Both the position numbers and the translations under genes were made by a program. The notes under the pieces were generated by a model. It saw only the letters and a list, made by a program, of their open reading frames with translations. It did no database searches and was not told the DNA's origin. DNA of 64,000 bases from Trichoplax sp. H2 (taxonomy: Eukaryota), in the NCBI GenBank assembly GCA_003344405.1, contig NOWV01000148.1:124001-188000 (forward strand). Direction: 5' to 3'. Positions 25,801 to 39,991 of the stretch are shown here, piece after piece; the first letter of the stretch is position 1; each line of letters opens with the position of its first letter.

Positions 25801-28800
25801 TTCTGAAATACTTTTGCGCAAAATCTACAAAAGGAAAAGCAAACCTTTAATATTACTTTCAAAACAGATCAAATTATAGATGATTTCTGCCAAACTAAGT
25901 AATTATTATATGAAGAAATTGCTCAGCTCTATTGATTAAGCACTTACTTTGATTATGATGGAAACAATTTGCGATAAAGATTGTTGTGAAACATTAGTTA
26001 GCAAATGAAAATCATTGCTTTTAACTTCTTTAATAAGAGAATGTGTATTGACAAAGTGCAATACTTCTATGGTATTTGCTATCCATAAAACGAGATTGGA
26101 TAAAGTTGGTAGTACCGCATTTAATTTTTCAGTGGCATCTTTTCCTCTAAATGTGCGAAGGAATCAGAAATTTTAATTATCTGGCATTTCACAACTCAGC
26201 TTCTATATTCTAATCGATAATCAGCTATGAGCAATTTGAAGATTTTTGAGCCAGATGGTATGTTAGCGATATTATGATATTAAAAATTCGACTATAAAAC
26301 TTTGATATTTGCACCAGGCAACTTTCCAATTTAAATTTGTTGATATTTTGAGATAATTAACCACTATTGATATGTAATAGTTTTGAAGATACTGTGTAAT
26401 AACCTCACTGCGACTAGCATACATTATTGTATCCAAGCTATTACATACTGATGCTTTAATAGTTTTATATTATTATTCAGATATTCGGGAATCAAACCTT
26501 GGGAGAAGCTGAGATTTAAGAGTAGTTATGGCCTCCTGCAAAATAGAAGCGTGATAACATTTAATTTTCGTCATCTTGTTATGATATAGCAAAGCTATAG
26601 ATTGATTAATGGCTAATAATGTCTGTAGATGGTGCCAATCATTTCATCAATATCAAACGCTATTTAACGAAAGACATGAAAGTACGAAGTAGGAAAATAT
26701 AGCCTTGTACAGTTATAAAATTACCTCATTATTATTTTTTAGCATTTGATATATTTTGTCGGTAAACAGTATGGTGGATTCTTTGCCATGATTTTTAATG
26801 GAATACTCTAAGCTCATAGCAAGGACATATGCTGGTGCTAACTTAAACGTTTGAGTCATTGCCGGATCAGCTAAAATATTGATAGAAGATAATAGCTGAT
26901 TTTCCTGTTCTAGACCATATTCTAATTCCAGTCGGTTATCGTCCTTCGGTGATGAAGGTCCATTTTGGTTAATAAACGAAGGTATGTAGGCTTCGTTTTT
27001 TGTAAAAACGGAACCATCAAAATCTAATTCGTCTTCAAAATTCGTTTGAGTTTGGATGCTAACCTTGGGTATGATCTATAACGCAAATTGCAACGGGAAA
27101 AAAGCTATTAGCATAATTAATTTGGAAATTACTTCTAAGAAATTACTCTATATTAACCCTATTGGACAATACCTCTGAAGATGGATTAGACTGAGTTGGT
27201 GCGGGTGCTGGAATTGAATTTAGCCAAGAAATTTGCAATGCCGAATCTGAAACTTTTTTGGGATTTTTATAGATGAACAAATAGTAACGTCCGAAGCCAA
27301 TTAAATCCCCTGGCGTAAGTTTTGTTTCAGCAACAATCTTGACGTTATTAACAGTTACTAGGGCGCCTTCGAATGGACTCAGCCAGACATCAGTTACAGC
27401 CTCACTAGAATCCGAGTCTTGATCATCTGAAATCTAAGTAATAAGCTGCAAGTTAGCTAAATGCATTCTATACTATCCTGATTGGGTCGATTTAAACTTA
27501 AGCTACCTCGTGCTGATCTTCATTAACGGAACGATTGTAAATCCAGCAATGCTGTGGTAAGATATCAGGTGATCGAAGAAGAATTTCATTTTCGGTTGTA
27601 CAATCGCCACTGTAACGAAAGCAAACTAGTATAACGCGTTGTAATATATTATAAATATATTCATCTTCTTTTAATTCAAAGCCACGTATCATGACAAAAT
27701 GAGGACATTGGGAGGAGGATTTGGATAATTTACGCGAAGGTGGTGTTGGGGTTTCATCATCCGATTTTATACGATCGGATTGAATCCCTTCATCCTGCAG
27801 TTGTTCATGTCGTGCATGCTCTTGTTGCTGTTGCGTCGATAATTGAGCAGGATTAACCATTTCCAATACATTTTCATGCGAAGAGAAACTCTTTACCAGC
27901 CTTTTCCGTAAATTTTCCAATCCTGTAGAGGATTCGAAATCAGCTAGGTATGCTAAAGCATCGGTTTTCCATAACAGCTCAAAACGCCGTTCATACTCTG
28001 GTGCTACTTGCCAAAATGTTTGCAATGCTAGTGGCTGCTCATAGTCATCAAGTACTCTAAGGTAAAGGGGCTGAGATTGATCAGATTTACTACCACTGTT
28101 GCCTTTACTAAATCGCCGACTTGTCTTACGATCTTTAGCCGAATAGATTATTTCACATAAAGCGTAATACTTGCGATTAGTAATTTCTAATTTTAATCTT
28201 TCAATTGCTTCTTTAATCACTTTTTTAACATTCACACGATTTGAAATCATCAAGGGTTCGGGTCGAATGCCATTTGTCACATTAATGTTAGCATATAAGC
28301 GAAAGATTGAAGGATAAAATAGTGAATTATCACCTCCATATTCAGTTACTGGAGTCTTCTTGCAGTTAGAAGTAGCTTTGCTAGACATAGACATGGTTCT
28401 GCTGCTCTTAGAAAACAAGGCAGATAAAGATGATAGCCCTTTCTGCTTCCCTTTACTTTTCTTGCTGTTGAAACTGCCTTGATCCGTAAAGTAGCTTCCT
28501 TCTTCAGGCGATTTAAGAGTTGGTGAATCTGTTCCGGCATCTTCGGTGCTTCGAGTTCTAATTTTAATCGAACCGATGGAAATTGGACGACTACTTGATC
28601 TTACTCGTGAAATACTAGTCTGTTTCACAGCTGCGATAGCCTCTGCAGGCTTATTCGCATTAGGGTCGGACATACTTCTTAATCTCACTTCGCTATCTGG
28701 AAAGAATGAAACTTAAATTAAATGAAATTCTAATAGTTAAATTTATATTTTACCGACTCATTAGATTGATAGCTGATAGTTGACTTGACGAAAGAATGAT

Positions 28801-31800
28801 TCAATAAATAGTTGATCAAGTAAATAAATTTATTTGGTGTAATGAAGATCTACCATCTTGCCCAATAGAGATACATTCGGCCAGATCTCAATTTCTCAAT
28901 TTTATTTACACAGGTATAAAATATTGCGAGTATTTATAATTTCTGAGTATTGTGGTAGTGATAAAGTATATGCTATTATAAAATGCTATGCTGTATCTAG
29001 TCTAGCTAAGTTATTACGGTACTTACATTTAAAATTATCTATTGGTGAACTCTTCTGCTCGTCACTACTCGCTGTAGGCGTATAACCAGTCAATTGGAGT
29101 AGAAATTGAATCTCACTTTCAGCGCTAGTAGCTAAATCCAATGGATAGTCTTCAGACTGTAATGATGTTTTAGCTATAAAAGGAATGCAAAATGAAAGTA
29201 TTAGCAACAGCTTCCTTGCTGCTATTAATACTAGTTAGCGAGTTGATCAACTACATTAAGGCATAAATATTGTTATGATCAAATTTTTCGCTATTTTAAT
29301 TGACCACTGAGTTTAATTATATTGATTAAATATCTAATTTTCTGCAAATCTTTTCTTAATTATACCTCTTTTTTCGATATATTAGTATTCAAGTAACAGT
29401 TGACGTCAAAGTGTTATGATTTTAATTACAAAAGAATTAATAAATTCGTCAACTCTTGTCTATAACAATTCGCAAATCACTGTAGATAATATGATTTAAT
29501 TATAACAGTGGTTGACAAGCTTAATCATAGTTGAAAAGAGCTAATACCATCAATAAGATGAATCGACTACAGATAAATGGACCTGGTTTAGTCGTTAAAA
29601 CTTTGGATCATTTAAATAGTTTTGACAATATTTCTACTCCTACACTGCGGTAAAAGTAAAAATTTATATAACCTCAGCATTGGCTGGAATCTGAATGGTT
29701 TGTGTTGATGTAAAGGACAATTTAGTAGTTTTACTGCTACGATACATAATTGATTGAAAAGATAATTTCGGGTATAAATTGGTCAAGATGATCAACAATA
29801 AGCAATAAAAGGAAGACGTGATGCAATTTTCATGCTCAAATAAACTATATTAAATATGACCTTGATGATACAAAATTATTCCAAAGTTTTTTGTTAGCAC
29901 TAATCAAGTGGAAATGAAATGCCCAAGTATAATATGTGTAAAAATCTATTTTGAGAATAGAATTAAAAATCTGCAGTGAAAACAAATTAACTAAATCAGA
30001 ATTTACAGAAGGAAAACATTTTGTATTGACTAGTGGTTAATCTACCTTATGTTGTAATTTATTACTGCTTGTTATAATTTTTACATAGCTGAGAGCATAT
30101 CTATTTGGATAGCAGCTAATAAAGTACTTTAAAGAAATTATCAGTGCGTTTTTTTCGTCCCAGGTTCTTAACCAGAGTACCTCAACGTGTAGCTAACTGA
30201 AATACTAGTGCGAAATTACAACATTTTACTCTTTAAAAAATCAAATTATACGGTACAAAAAATTCTCGAATTTTCTTAATTTTGAGCTCCTTGTATTTTA
30301 TATCAATGCCTTGAAATCTTAATTGTAACAGAATTCGTATATTGAGATGGAATAACCTTTTATAAGACATAACCTAGGGAACATGATACAAATAATAAGC
30401 CAAATTTTCAATATCTATCGAGAATGAGGTGAATATAGTAACGACTGCATTTGCAATCTTTACTTTTTCTAACGAGTGATTCGAGATAAAAGATACCTAA
30501 CATTCAATATTAAAATCTAAAGAAGAGCTTTATGCTACGGAAAACATTAGATAAATTCGAAAATCAGAAAGTCAAGAGTTAAGATTCATACGACATTGGC
30601 AATTTTCATCTGATTCCGATGAAGATGCTAGATTAATTAGTAAAGACTATAACGCTACAGAAAGAAGGGATTTAGAAGGACTGCTCTGACCTAAATCCAT
30701 ATTATAATACGATAATTAGCCATAACGATTACCTTTGGATAGACGATAAATATGCATCTTTGTGAGCAAATATCCGTTAAATAGCTTGAAATTGTTCTAA
30801 ATACTACAGAAACTGATTCCTATAAGAAAATATTGTCTTGGTAACATAATCTGCATTATGATGACGACCTTAGTCAGCAAATCTACCAGAGGTGTTCTAC
30901 AAGTGATGTTTAGATGAATATTTAACGGGCTGCTAAGAAATATCTGCTTGAGTTTTGTCGGTATGATGTATCATAAAATAAAAAGTGGAATATTAATATA
31001 TTTTAAAGTATGATACTGTTATCGTCAATCCTAAGAATCGATCAATAACGGTACTACGTAGTTAATGTTTACTGCTAATCATTAATGTCATTGCAGTCTG
31101 ATCAGCATTGCTGTGCCATAAATTAAGCCAAAATTTGTCAAATAAAATAAAAAAATTAAAGCAAAAATATCAGAGTATACTGTCTTAAAAGAGAATATGA
31201 AGTAAATCATATTATGATGGTTTAATACTGATTAACCTCAGCTCTAATGGAGATAACACTTAGGGCAACCTTATTAACCCTATCTCTGTAACTAACAGTT
31301 GCGTTAGTAGTATATTAAGCTAGAAATTGTTAAATAAAGAAATGTTAAAGCAAACATTTCAGAGATCTACTTTCATAAAAGAATGCTAGCTAAATTGATA
31401 TCATGGTGGTTTAATATTGATCCCTTTCGGATCTAATGGTTATAACAAGTAGGGGTAATCTTATTATTCTACTCATATATTTTACCCATAATTCGCTATC
31501 ATCGAATAATTAATAGTGAAATTTTTAAAAGTTATTGCTATGCGATGATTATACGTACATACTTTCTACCGAACAAAAAATAAAATGTCTTTGCGATATA
31601 AAGCATCGCTAGCATCTTCTAGTCTTCTTAGACCAGAAATAAAGTGAAGTGATTATTTATCTATTATCATTGAACCAATAAATTAAGATATTTTAATAAA
31701 CCATTTCCATTTACCTTGAAGAAGAATTAACAAGTAGATATTATTACCGCTCCCGAGCTATAATTATATCTATGTAAACCTCATTCCAAATGTATTATGA

Positions 31801-34800
31801 TGTATCTTGTAAACGTTCTAGCTTTTCGATTTTTTCACATAGAATAGTTCACATGGGGGAAGAAAATGCAAAGCAGTAAATGGTAGTGTAACTCAATAGA
31901 TCTTAAACTAATGGTAAAAATGATATGGTGAGACTTATATTCAATCCATAGTAGATCGATATGTTTCAGCTGTTCTAAAGACTAACAATAAATTTTGTTT
32001 TTCTTCAGTCATACATAAATGATATTAATATGATTATATTACGGTATTCAGCGATGATCTGTTCTATCATTATGTGCAGAGCTTTGTGTAATCATGACCT
32101 CCATTGTCACTTTTATTTAATTTGTAATTACAATTTGAATGGGTTTTAATTTCTAAATAGTTTAGAAAGAAAACATCTGGTCTGAATTAGTAATAGACGA
32201 TAACCTTCATTTGTCTCGTTTAACAAGTATTGTTCACTACTTGACAATTATTCTCTAACAATATGATCCTTAGCATTCTAAATTTTAAATAAATTATGGC
32301 ACCTTTAGATTACGTTTACGGTAAATTGCGCTATTAAATAAATATAAAATTTTAAGGCGGGTATCCGTTATTTTTACTTTATTGACAGTTTGATAACGAT
32401 AATTATTACCGGATTTACTTGATAGAGTTAATTGTAACTTCATTATTTTGTAACCACCAAAAAACGTAAATAATAATTTGTTTTTGGTAGATATCAAGAT
32501 AGCAATAATCTCGTATAAGTACGTATAAGAGACTATGAATTAAGTATCGTTAATCTCGAAGGATTTCTATAATTTGAATTATGAGATACCCATTGAGTTA
32601 GATGTAATATTTAGCCTATCTATATTTAGGAATTTAGTTGATGCAAGTCACTTGCGATAGATGCATATAATTAAGACTATACGATCTTTCTTTCATTCGA
32701 TAAGGGCTATTACCCGTTTTAAGGACATCCATTATTTTTATTTTATTGACTGGTCGATAACGATACCTACAGTCGGATTAACTTGATGGAATTAATCGCA
32801 ACTTCATTATTTTTTAACCGCCATAAAACGTAAATAACTATAATCATTTGTTATTAGTTGATGCTGATATTAATACAGCAAATAAACTCGTACGGATAAG
32901 ACACTCTGAATTAAGTATCTTCAACTTCGAAGGATTTCTATAGTTTGGATTATGAGATACCCATTGAGTTAGATATTATATTTAGCCTATCTATATTTAG
33001 GACTTTAGTTAATGCAAGTCACTTGCGTTAGATGCATATAATTTAGACTGTGTGATCTTTTATTCAATAAGGGCTATTACCCATTTTAGGCTTCCATAAC
33101 TCAAAAATATGTACATAACTTCTTAATAAAATACCGATATCATTCGATAACAATTTGGACATCCTTTCACAGTGCAATTTATTATTCTTTAAAATAACAA
33201 CGTTTATAATTGTGGAAAATAGTATATTCGATTAATTTCATAATATTCGTAAATACTGAGTATAGTCCAGTTCCTAAGTAATCAGCCCTAATAATTATTA
33301 CGAAAATCGCTGTTACAGTTTAATATGGCGGTTTTACTTTAACTACGTAATATAAATGATAAAAATGATTAATATTATAACAGTAGCATATTTCTAATTC
33401 TTGATCATTATTTACCTCGGAAGGCTTATTTTGTAGTGTAGTACGAGTATATTTGCGCATAAGAAAAAGAAATTGCAAATGTTAAGAGGAATAGGTGATA
33501 ACGAATACCAGCGTACAATAAAACATTAATCATATACCGTAATTAATGAACGTAGTCGCGTTTTATAACTTGGAAAGAGGATATTTTAGCGCTTGGTTCT
33601 CTTTATTCAATACCTTTTATTGATTTAGCAATCTAATGAACCGCTGAAAAGTTTATTATAGTAGAAACAGAAAAACGTTATATAGTAATAATATAATTCC
33701 ATTATATCTTGCTCTTCATAGTAACAAGTTAAAGTTATTTTGATTTACGCAATAGCTATTGAACATTCTATTTGGAACAATGAAATGTATGTTACTGCTG
33801 AGTTAAAAATATTATAGTTCACTCCGCGGTGGCCGTAATAGCATAATCGAGTAGACATACGTGTCCATATTAGTATATCGATAAAGGCCGTATATTCTAT
33901 GAAATGCGAGGATCAAATAAATATCCGTGTGCAAAATATGAATAAAGACTGCAGATTTATATTGAAGATCATATTTCTAGAAGACTCCATTGCTTCCATC
34001 CATGATGCGAATTAATCACTAAGTTCGCAGATTTAATCGAAATTTTCAACGGAACATAAACAACTATCATGATATACACTTAAAATAAGATGCAAAAGGT
34101 TACATTTATACGGGGTTATCATGAAATTATAGAATCATCATGAGTTCTGATGATGCTAAATTGAATATGGCGGTATAGAAGTATTCAAAATAAAATTGTT
34201 GTATTTATTTTAGAATTTTGCTAAATTTGTTTTGTGTTGTAATTAGTATATTTAGGAAAAGTGATATTGTAATCAATATTTGAAGGGACTTTGCAAGCTA
34301 ACCCATTTCGGAGGATTCACCTTATCTTTTAAACACTTTGTCTCAAATTCTTTAGCTAGCGAATATACTGTAAAAACTTGTTTTAAGGTTACTTGTACAC
34401 CCCTCCCTTTGAGTGACTTAAGGAATGTCAACAATTCTCATAAACCGTTACAAGAGGGTCATGACAAAATTAACAATTTATACGTATTAGCTTGAGCTGA
34501 ATTATTTAACACGAAATGCTGTCTTATGGCCGCAATACCATCCATCAGTCGAATTACTGTTGCATAGTAACGGAGTTTGCAAACAGATTATTACAACGAT
34601 AAATTATAGCATAATATAAAAGTAAGTCACTATTACAAAGGTGATTATCAGCACAACTGGTATGGCATTCTGCAGAATAAGTAACTAAATTGAAACGGCT
34701 ATAAATTTTCTCAAGTGGGTCAAAGTCCCCTTGATCCTCAAATGTACTTGTTAAAATCATCCAGGTTCACTAAGTTGTTAATTAGGCTATGATTAAATAA

Positions 34801-37800
34801 TAACAGCAGGCTAGCAAAGTTCCTATCTAATATCATCAAAAGAATGCATTCAAAACAAAATATTGCCTAGTTTCAGACAAATTGGGTAAATAGCATGAGT
34901 AAATGCGAAATGTGATCACCGTTTACGCCCTTTCATTATATTTTACAAACAATAAATAACAAATAACGTAAAATCTTAATCAAATATTAATCGAACGTTC
35001 CTTTTACGGTGAATTAACTGGTTATAATTTAAACGTTTAGATAGATAAATGTGAAGCGTGGGCTAAATGTATTTGATCTAGTCATCTTTGTATTTTTAAT
35101 AGTCGCTTGGCGTGATCAGCATCATGACTGCTAAATTAAATTTACGCATTACTTTCAAGGTAAATAAGATAAAGCGACCAGTTAAATCGGTAAAGATATA
35201 ATTTAAGATAGTGATTCTATTTATACGATGCTTTCTAGCCTTTAGATCATAAAATATATACCATAGCGTCAAATTTGCGAGCAGAGGACATCTGTTATTT
35301 GCATGACTACGCTAATTTTAAAAAAATGCTTGCTTAAAGCTAGATGAGCTGTCAAGGTAAATTCACGTGCTAATATAAAGTCCATGGATTACATCATCCA
35401 TGGGATGATTGTCTAATATTTATGATGGGCTAATCTCTAATGAATGCTTACTTAGATACTGTATAATAGCAAAACAGATATAAAATATTAAGTAATAGGA
35501 TTCTAAACTAAGCACATAGAAATATTAAGTTTATACCGTAAATTAATCAAGCTGATAGCACATTCTAAGCTTACGATTAAATTTGATCTTCAGAAGCGGG
35601 ATAAATTGTTATTTGATGTGTTAATGCTAACTTACCTTAAATTACACTATAAGTGATAGAGTGGAAATTCCTATAGTTATTAGAGAAATTAGCTTATGAA
35701 CCGGCTATATTCATATCGTATTCAATTTGTAATGGATGAAATTATAGGATTGAAGTTACTATGAAAGGGTATGAGGTAGATTAATTATAACGCTTGTCAA
35801 ATATTGACGTTATATTTTAGTTGAATAAAAGAAATATGCACAATAGAGGAAATTACGATTTTTTTTGTTTTTGCCTACTACATTATTCTACTCAAGACAC
35901 GTTGGTAAGCAATTTCCAATGTTCTAATTTGCCAGACCATTGTATAAGAATTAAGTAAGCAATGATAATCCTAGAACGCTGGTTATATTAATATTTTCAG
36001 GATTGCGTTTCATTATTGTTAAATTATTTGACGAGCTAACCGATGTGATCGTGGTATTATATGTTAAAAGGAAACCTTAAAATACGCTGATACCAGTATT
36101 TACAATTTTCAATCCAGACAACAGTTTTTAAAGGCGAAATATTGCATACAAAAATTACTGTTTAAAAGCATTACCAAGTAATATTAGGTGCAAAAGATTA
36201 GTACATTGATTACCCATCAGTTTTTGCCGATATCTTACTAGACAATGAGCTGGACGATGCTGCTAACTGCGAAATACTACTAAAATGCTAACCTAATAAC
36301 TCAAGAATTTCTAGGAGTTTTTAAATTCGTCTTATATAAAATAAAAAAAAATGAAGTAGAATATCATTTCAAACTTTAGAATTCCCCATAATAACGATTG
36401 AAACACCACTTGAGCCTTAATCGAGGTCTGTAATTTTATAGCAATATTGACCATATTTGATGGAATAAATTATCTAGTCCAGAAACAAAGTAATAATTCT
36501 ATTGAATTAAGGAATAAATAATTAATTTAAAATTCTTCATCAATTCATTTTAAATCAATTATAAATGATGGCCAAAATGACAAATGTTTAAGAAATGACG
36601 AGAAACAACAACATTGTATTTAGATCAATCTCAAGAATTGAAATTTTTGGCCTCGTTGAAAAACAGATTGAAGAATATATTCGAGCAGCTAGACAATTGA
36701 GCATAACTAACACGCATAGACAGTATTTTTGTCTTCATGTATAAAAAGAAAAACTATTTGGATTTCTGTGATGACGGTATGATAAGAAGATTAATAACTT
36801 GTTGCATCGAGACTGATTAAGCAGAGCAAATTCGATAGGATAGATAATAATCTTCATAATGGGATAGATTGAATGTTTGACTGGTTACATATGTGGATGA
36901 CGTAATCTGAGATTAGTTAGTTATAAACCTTGATGTGATTCCGTTCCGTTATGAAATGCAATAAAAAATATTCCATACAATTTATAATATTTACAATGAT
37001 ATAATCCCGATTTCAATGCAACAATTTCTATAATTAAAGCCATAGTTGATACAGTAACTGTTTATCCCTCAAACAGAGCTTAGAAAGAAACCCTGCTTCA
37101 ATAGCTGTTGTTAAGGACTAATTCGATAACATAAGCACCCAATTAATTCACTAAATACATAAAACAGCAATTGATAGTTTTGATTAAAAGCACTGTCTAT
37201 GTCGTATTATGATTCTGATTCAATTACGTATTATTAGTTCACGATTCAGTTTAGAAGGGAAGACAATATAACAAATAGACCACCTTAGTTGTTACAGCCT
37301 TCGTCAAAAAATTATGTGGAGCCTTTATGCAGTTAATTTAGTTTATGGCCGATATTGTATTATATAAATGGGTAAGATAATACGTGTATTTTTTTACCAG
37401 GAAGATTAAAAGTAACTTACTTTCACCGCAAATCAAAAATAATTCTGCTTTTGGACTACTTGCTTGTGGATTAATTTTCATGCCGACTTTATTTAGCATA
37501 TTCGGAATAACTGTATTCACGGTCATGGTGCTGTGAATTTTAATCTTGTACGATTCACGCTCTGTCGATAAATTGGACGAATCCATTAGTTGTACATTGA
37601 ATGGCACAACACCTTCATATTCTAGATCCTTATTAAAATAAAAGAATATAGAGAATAACCTTGTGTGCAATCAGTATATGTATACAATGCTTCTTTGTTG
37701 TTCAATTCTAATACAATCTAATTTGATAGAAGCTTATATAGATGAGTAAATGACTGTAGATTATAACAAATAATATTGAATGATAATGGTAGGAGAAATA

Positions 37801-39991
37801 TTTAACTCAAAAATGTACGATTTCCTTTAAAAGTACATGAACTTTAAATGACAATTTTCAAGTTTCAAAGATATAACTATCAAGAGACTATTAGCGAACC
37901 ATTCATTAATGTTGCCCTCAAATATGAGTGTAAATAAAAATTATTGGAAATTTTATCTCTAATTTTAAATATCATTTTAATAGTGAGATGGGGTCAAATA
38001 TTTGCTTCCAAAAGATTAAGCAATCAATTTATTTAAAAAAGGAAATGTTCACCAATCGAAATATTATTAATAATTTCCCAAGAGTCAAGGAATAACATCA
38101 AAATGTTGAGATTTATATTGGTAATAAACATATGCGTTTCTAGAAATGCGTATCCGTATAACTATAAATTCCGATATACCGTAGTTAACTTTACTATCGT
38201 ACTAAATTTATTAAAGATATTTTGATCGACTTTGTTGTCTACTCACTGTTGATGGCAAATAATACTATTTTGCAAGGATCTTAAAGCTTAATTTTGCCTC
38301 GAGCAATGCCTAGTGTAAGGTTCTTAGTTTGATATTTATGAGTACTGTATGTACGCGTATAAGATGATTAGTTGGGTATACTTAAATTAAATTTTTCTGT
38401 ATCCCTGATGATTTTAGTTTGAGAATAGGTGTCTGCAATACGATTTAATTATTTTAATCACAGTTTAGTTCACAGTAGTGTATTAAAAATCGATGGTAAA
38501 TAAATAAACTTTTTGATCATTTCGTTATTGAATTCCAACGTAGGCAATATAATGATTATGTCGGCTATAACTGAAACAGTTCTTAGATATACAAGATGGA
38601 TTCGGAAAATAACTTCTCAATTAATCTATTTAGTAAAGCAATAAATAATAATATTACATTTTTAATTTTATTGAAAGGCGCTTGAAATGCAGTAAAAATA
38701 AAACTTGTAGACGTATTTGTTAATTGTGTCTGCTATTGGATTGATTGGATTATACGAAGAGATAAATAGGAATTAGAAGGGTTTAATGATCATATCAATG
38801 AAATTTAAAGAAAAATTATCATAAATAGATATTCAACGGCAGCAATTACTTAAAGTAATTTTAGGGATTGAATTTTAATTATTCAAAAACACGTTTCAAT
38901 ATAATTCTGATTTGAATTGTATGATTGTAATACTGTTTACCGGTTTATAGTACTGATTTCTAAATACGTCACAGTACATTAAACAAATAATGCTAATCCC
39001 CGTATTTCTTTCAGATATAAGTCTATCAACGACCGAAATAGAATGAAAGCTAAATTAGGTAGCAATGACTGAAACTAAATCATACAAGGAAATATTGCTA
39101 GACTGTGTTAGAGAAGCATTATGTGTCGTATTACAAATAATTTCATCTTGAACTGTTGCAACGGCTAATTTCTATTGGTTTTATGGATGCGAGAGAGTGT
39201 GTAAAGGCTGTACTGTGGGACGATGAAGAGAATTTTACAAGATCCCACAGAGCCTTAGATCGATGCATTTGAATAAATGAGCATATTTTAGTGAAATGAC
39301 AAACATTATTTGGGAATAAAAGAACTAAGTAAAAAAATATTACAAGGCTACTATATCTTGATTCTGTACTACGATATTACAAAATTATAATAAAGGCATC
39401 TGTTAAACCATCAGACAGTTGTTTTTATTTCGTAGCATGATGACATGTTATATCTTATAAAGAAACAGATTAAGGCATTAATATTGGTAACTATTAGGTA
39501 CGATTATTATTATAACGCTTCGCTTTTAATGCAGATATAGCCATATTATGCTGAAAAGGTGACGTTAAGTAAAGTTAGAGAAACCGATACTGCTTAATCT
39601 ACCATGAGTAAATCTCCTCATTAAAATGGGTGAATTATAATTGGAAATCAATTTTGAAGATACGATTAAATATAAGAAAGAAAGAATTACCAGTACGCGG
39701 TATGTTGTGAGTATTATATTGCTGTTATAAACTAACCTTAAATAAGCATATTTGAAATTCATTCTGTTGATTGTAACGATTTATTTTCTCTTCGATTTCA
39801 GCTCTAATAATACGTTCAATTGGTGTTGCATTATCTGCTGGTCTAACAACTTCTTCTTCTTCTATTGCTGCTGCTGAGACTTTTGCTAAATGGCTAATGA
39901 TATCGGGATCAAATAATATAGATACACGAGGCGATACTGATGGTTTGTCATGTTCGACAGAAAGAGAATCTTGCGATGCGAACGAACTCAT
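22862..39991 (-). CDS. RADIL: RADIL/afadin-family protein (RA-RA-FHA-DIL-PDZ), multi-exon, with an ~8.2-kb intron (29174-37420)
   Basis: RA domain (KKVIKEAIERL...YALCEII...LRVLDDYEQPLALQTFWQ...ERRFEL), FHA (LRSPDILPQHCWI...LTPGDLIGFGRYY), DIL region (FKLAPAYVL, LVLWIANT, SWEKLSSTYNKLTAPQLH) and C-terminal PDZ (GDLGLGLVDG...ISSGDKIIAVNGISL). The TAA stop is at 22864-22862. The 5' exons 39991-39737, 37628-37421 and 29173-29027 are phase-compatible. Confidence 0.82.
32349..33095. repeat. Tandem duplication of ~371 bp in the long RADIL intron
   Basis: gagatacccattgagttagat occurs at 32583 and 32954, with long matching flanks. Confidence 0.9.
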
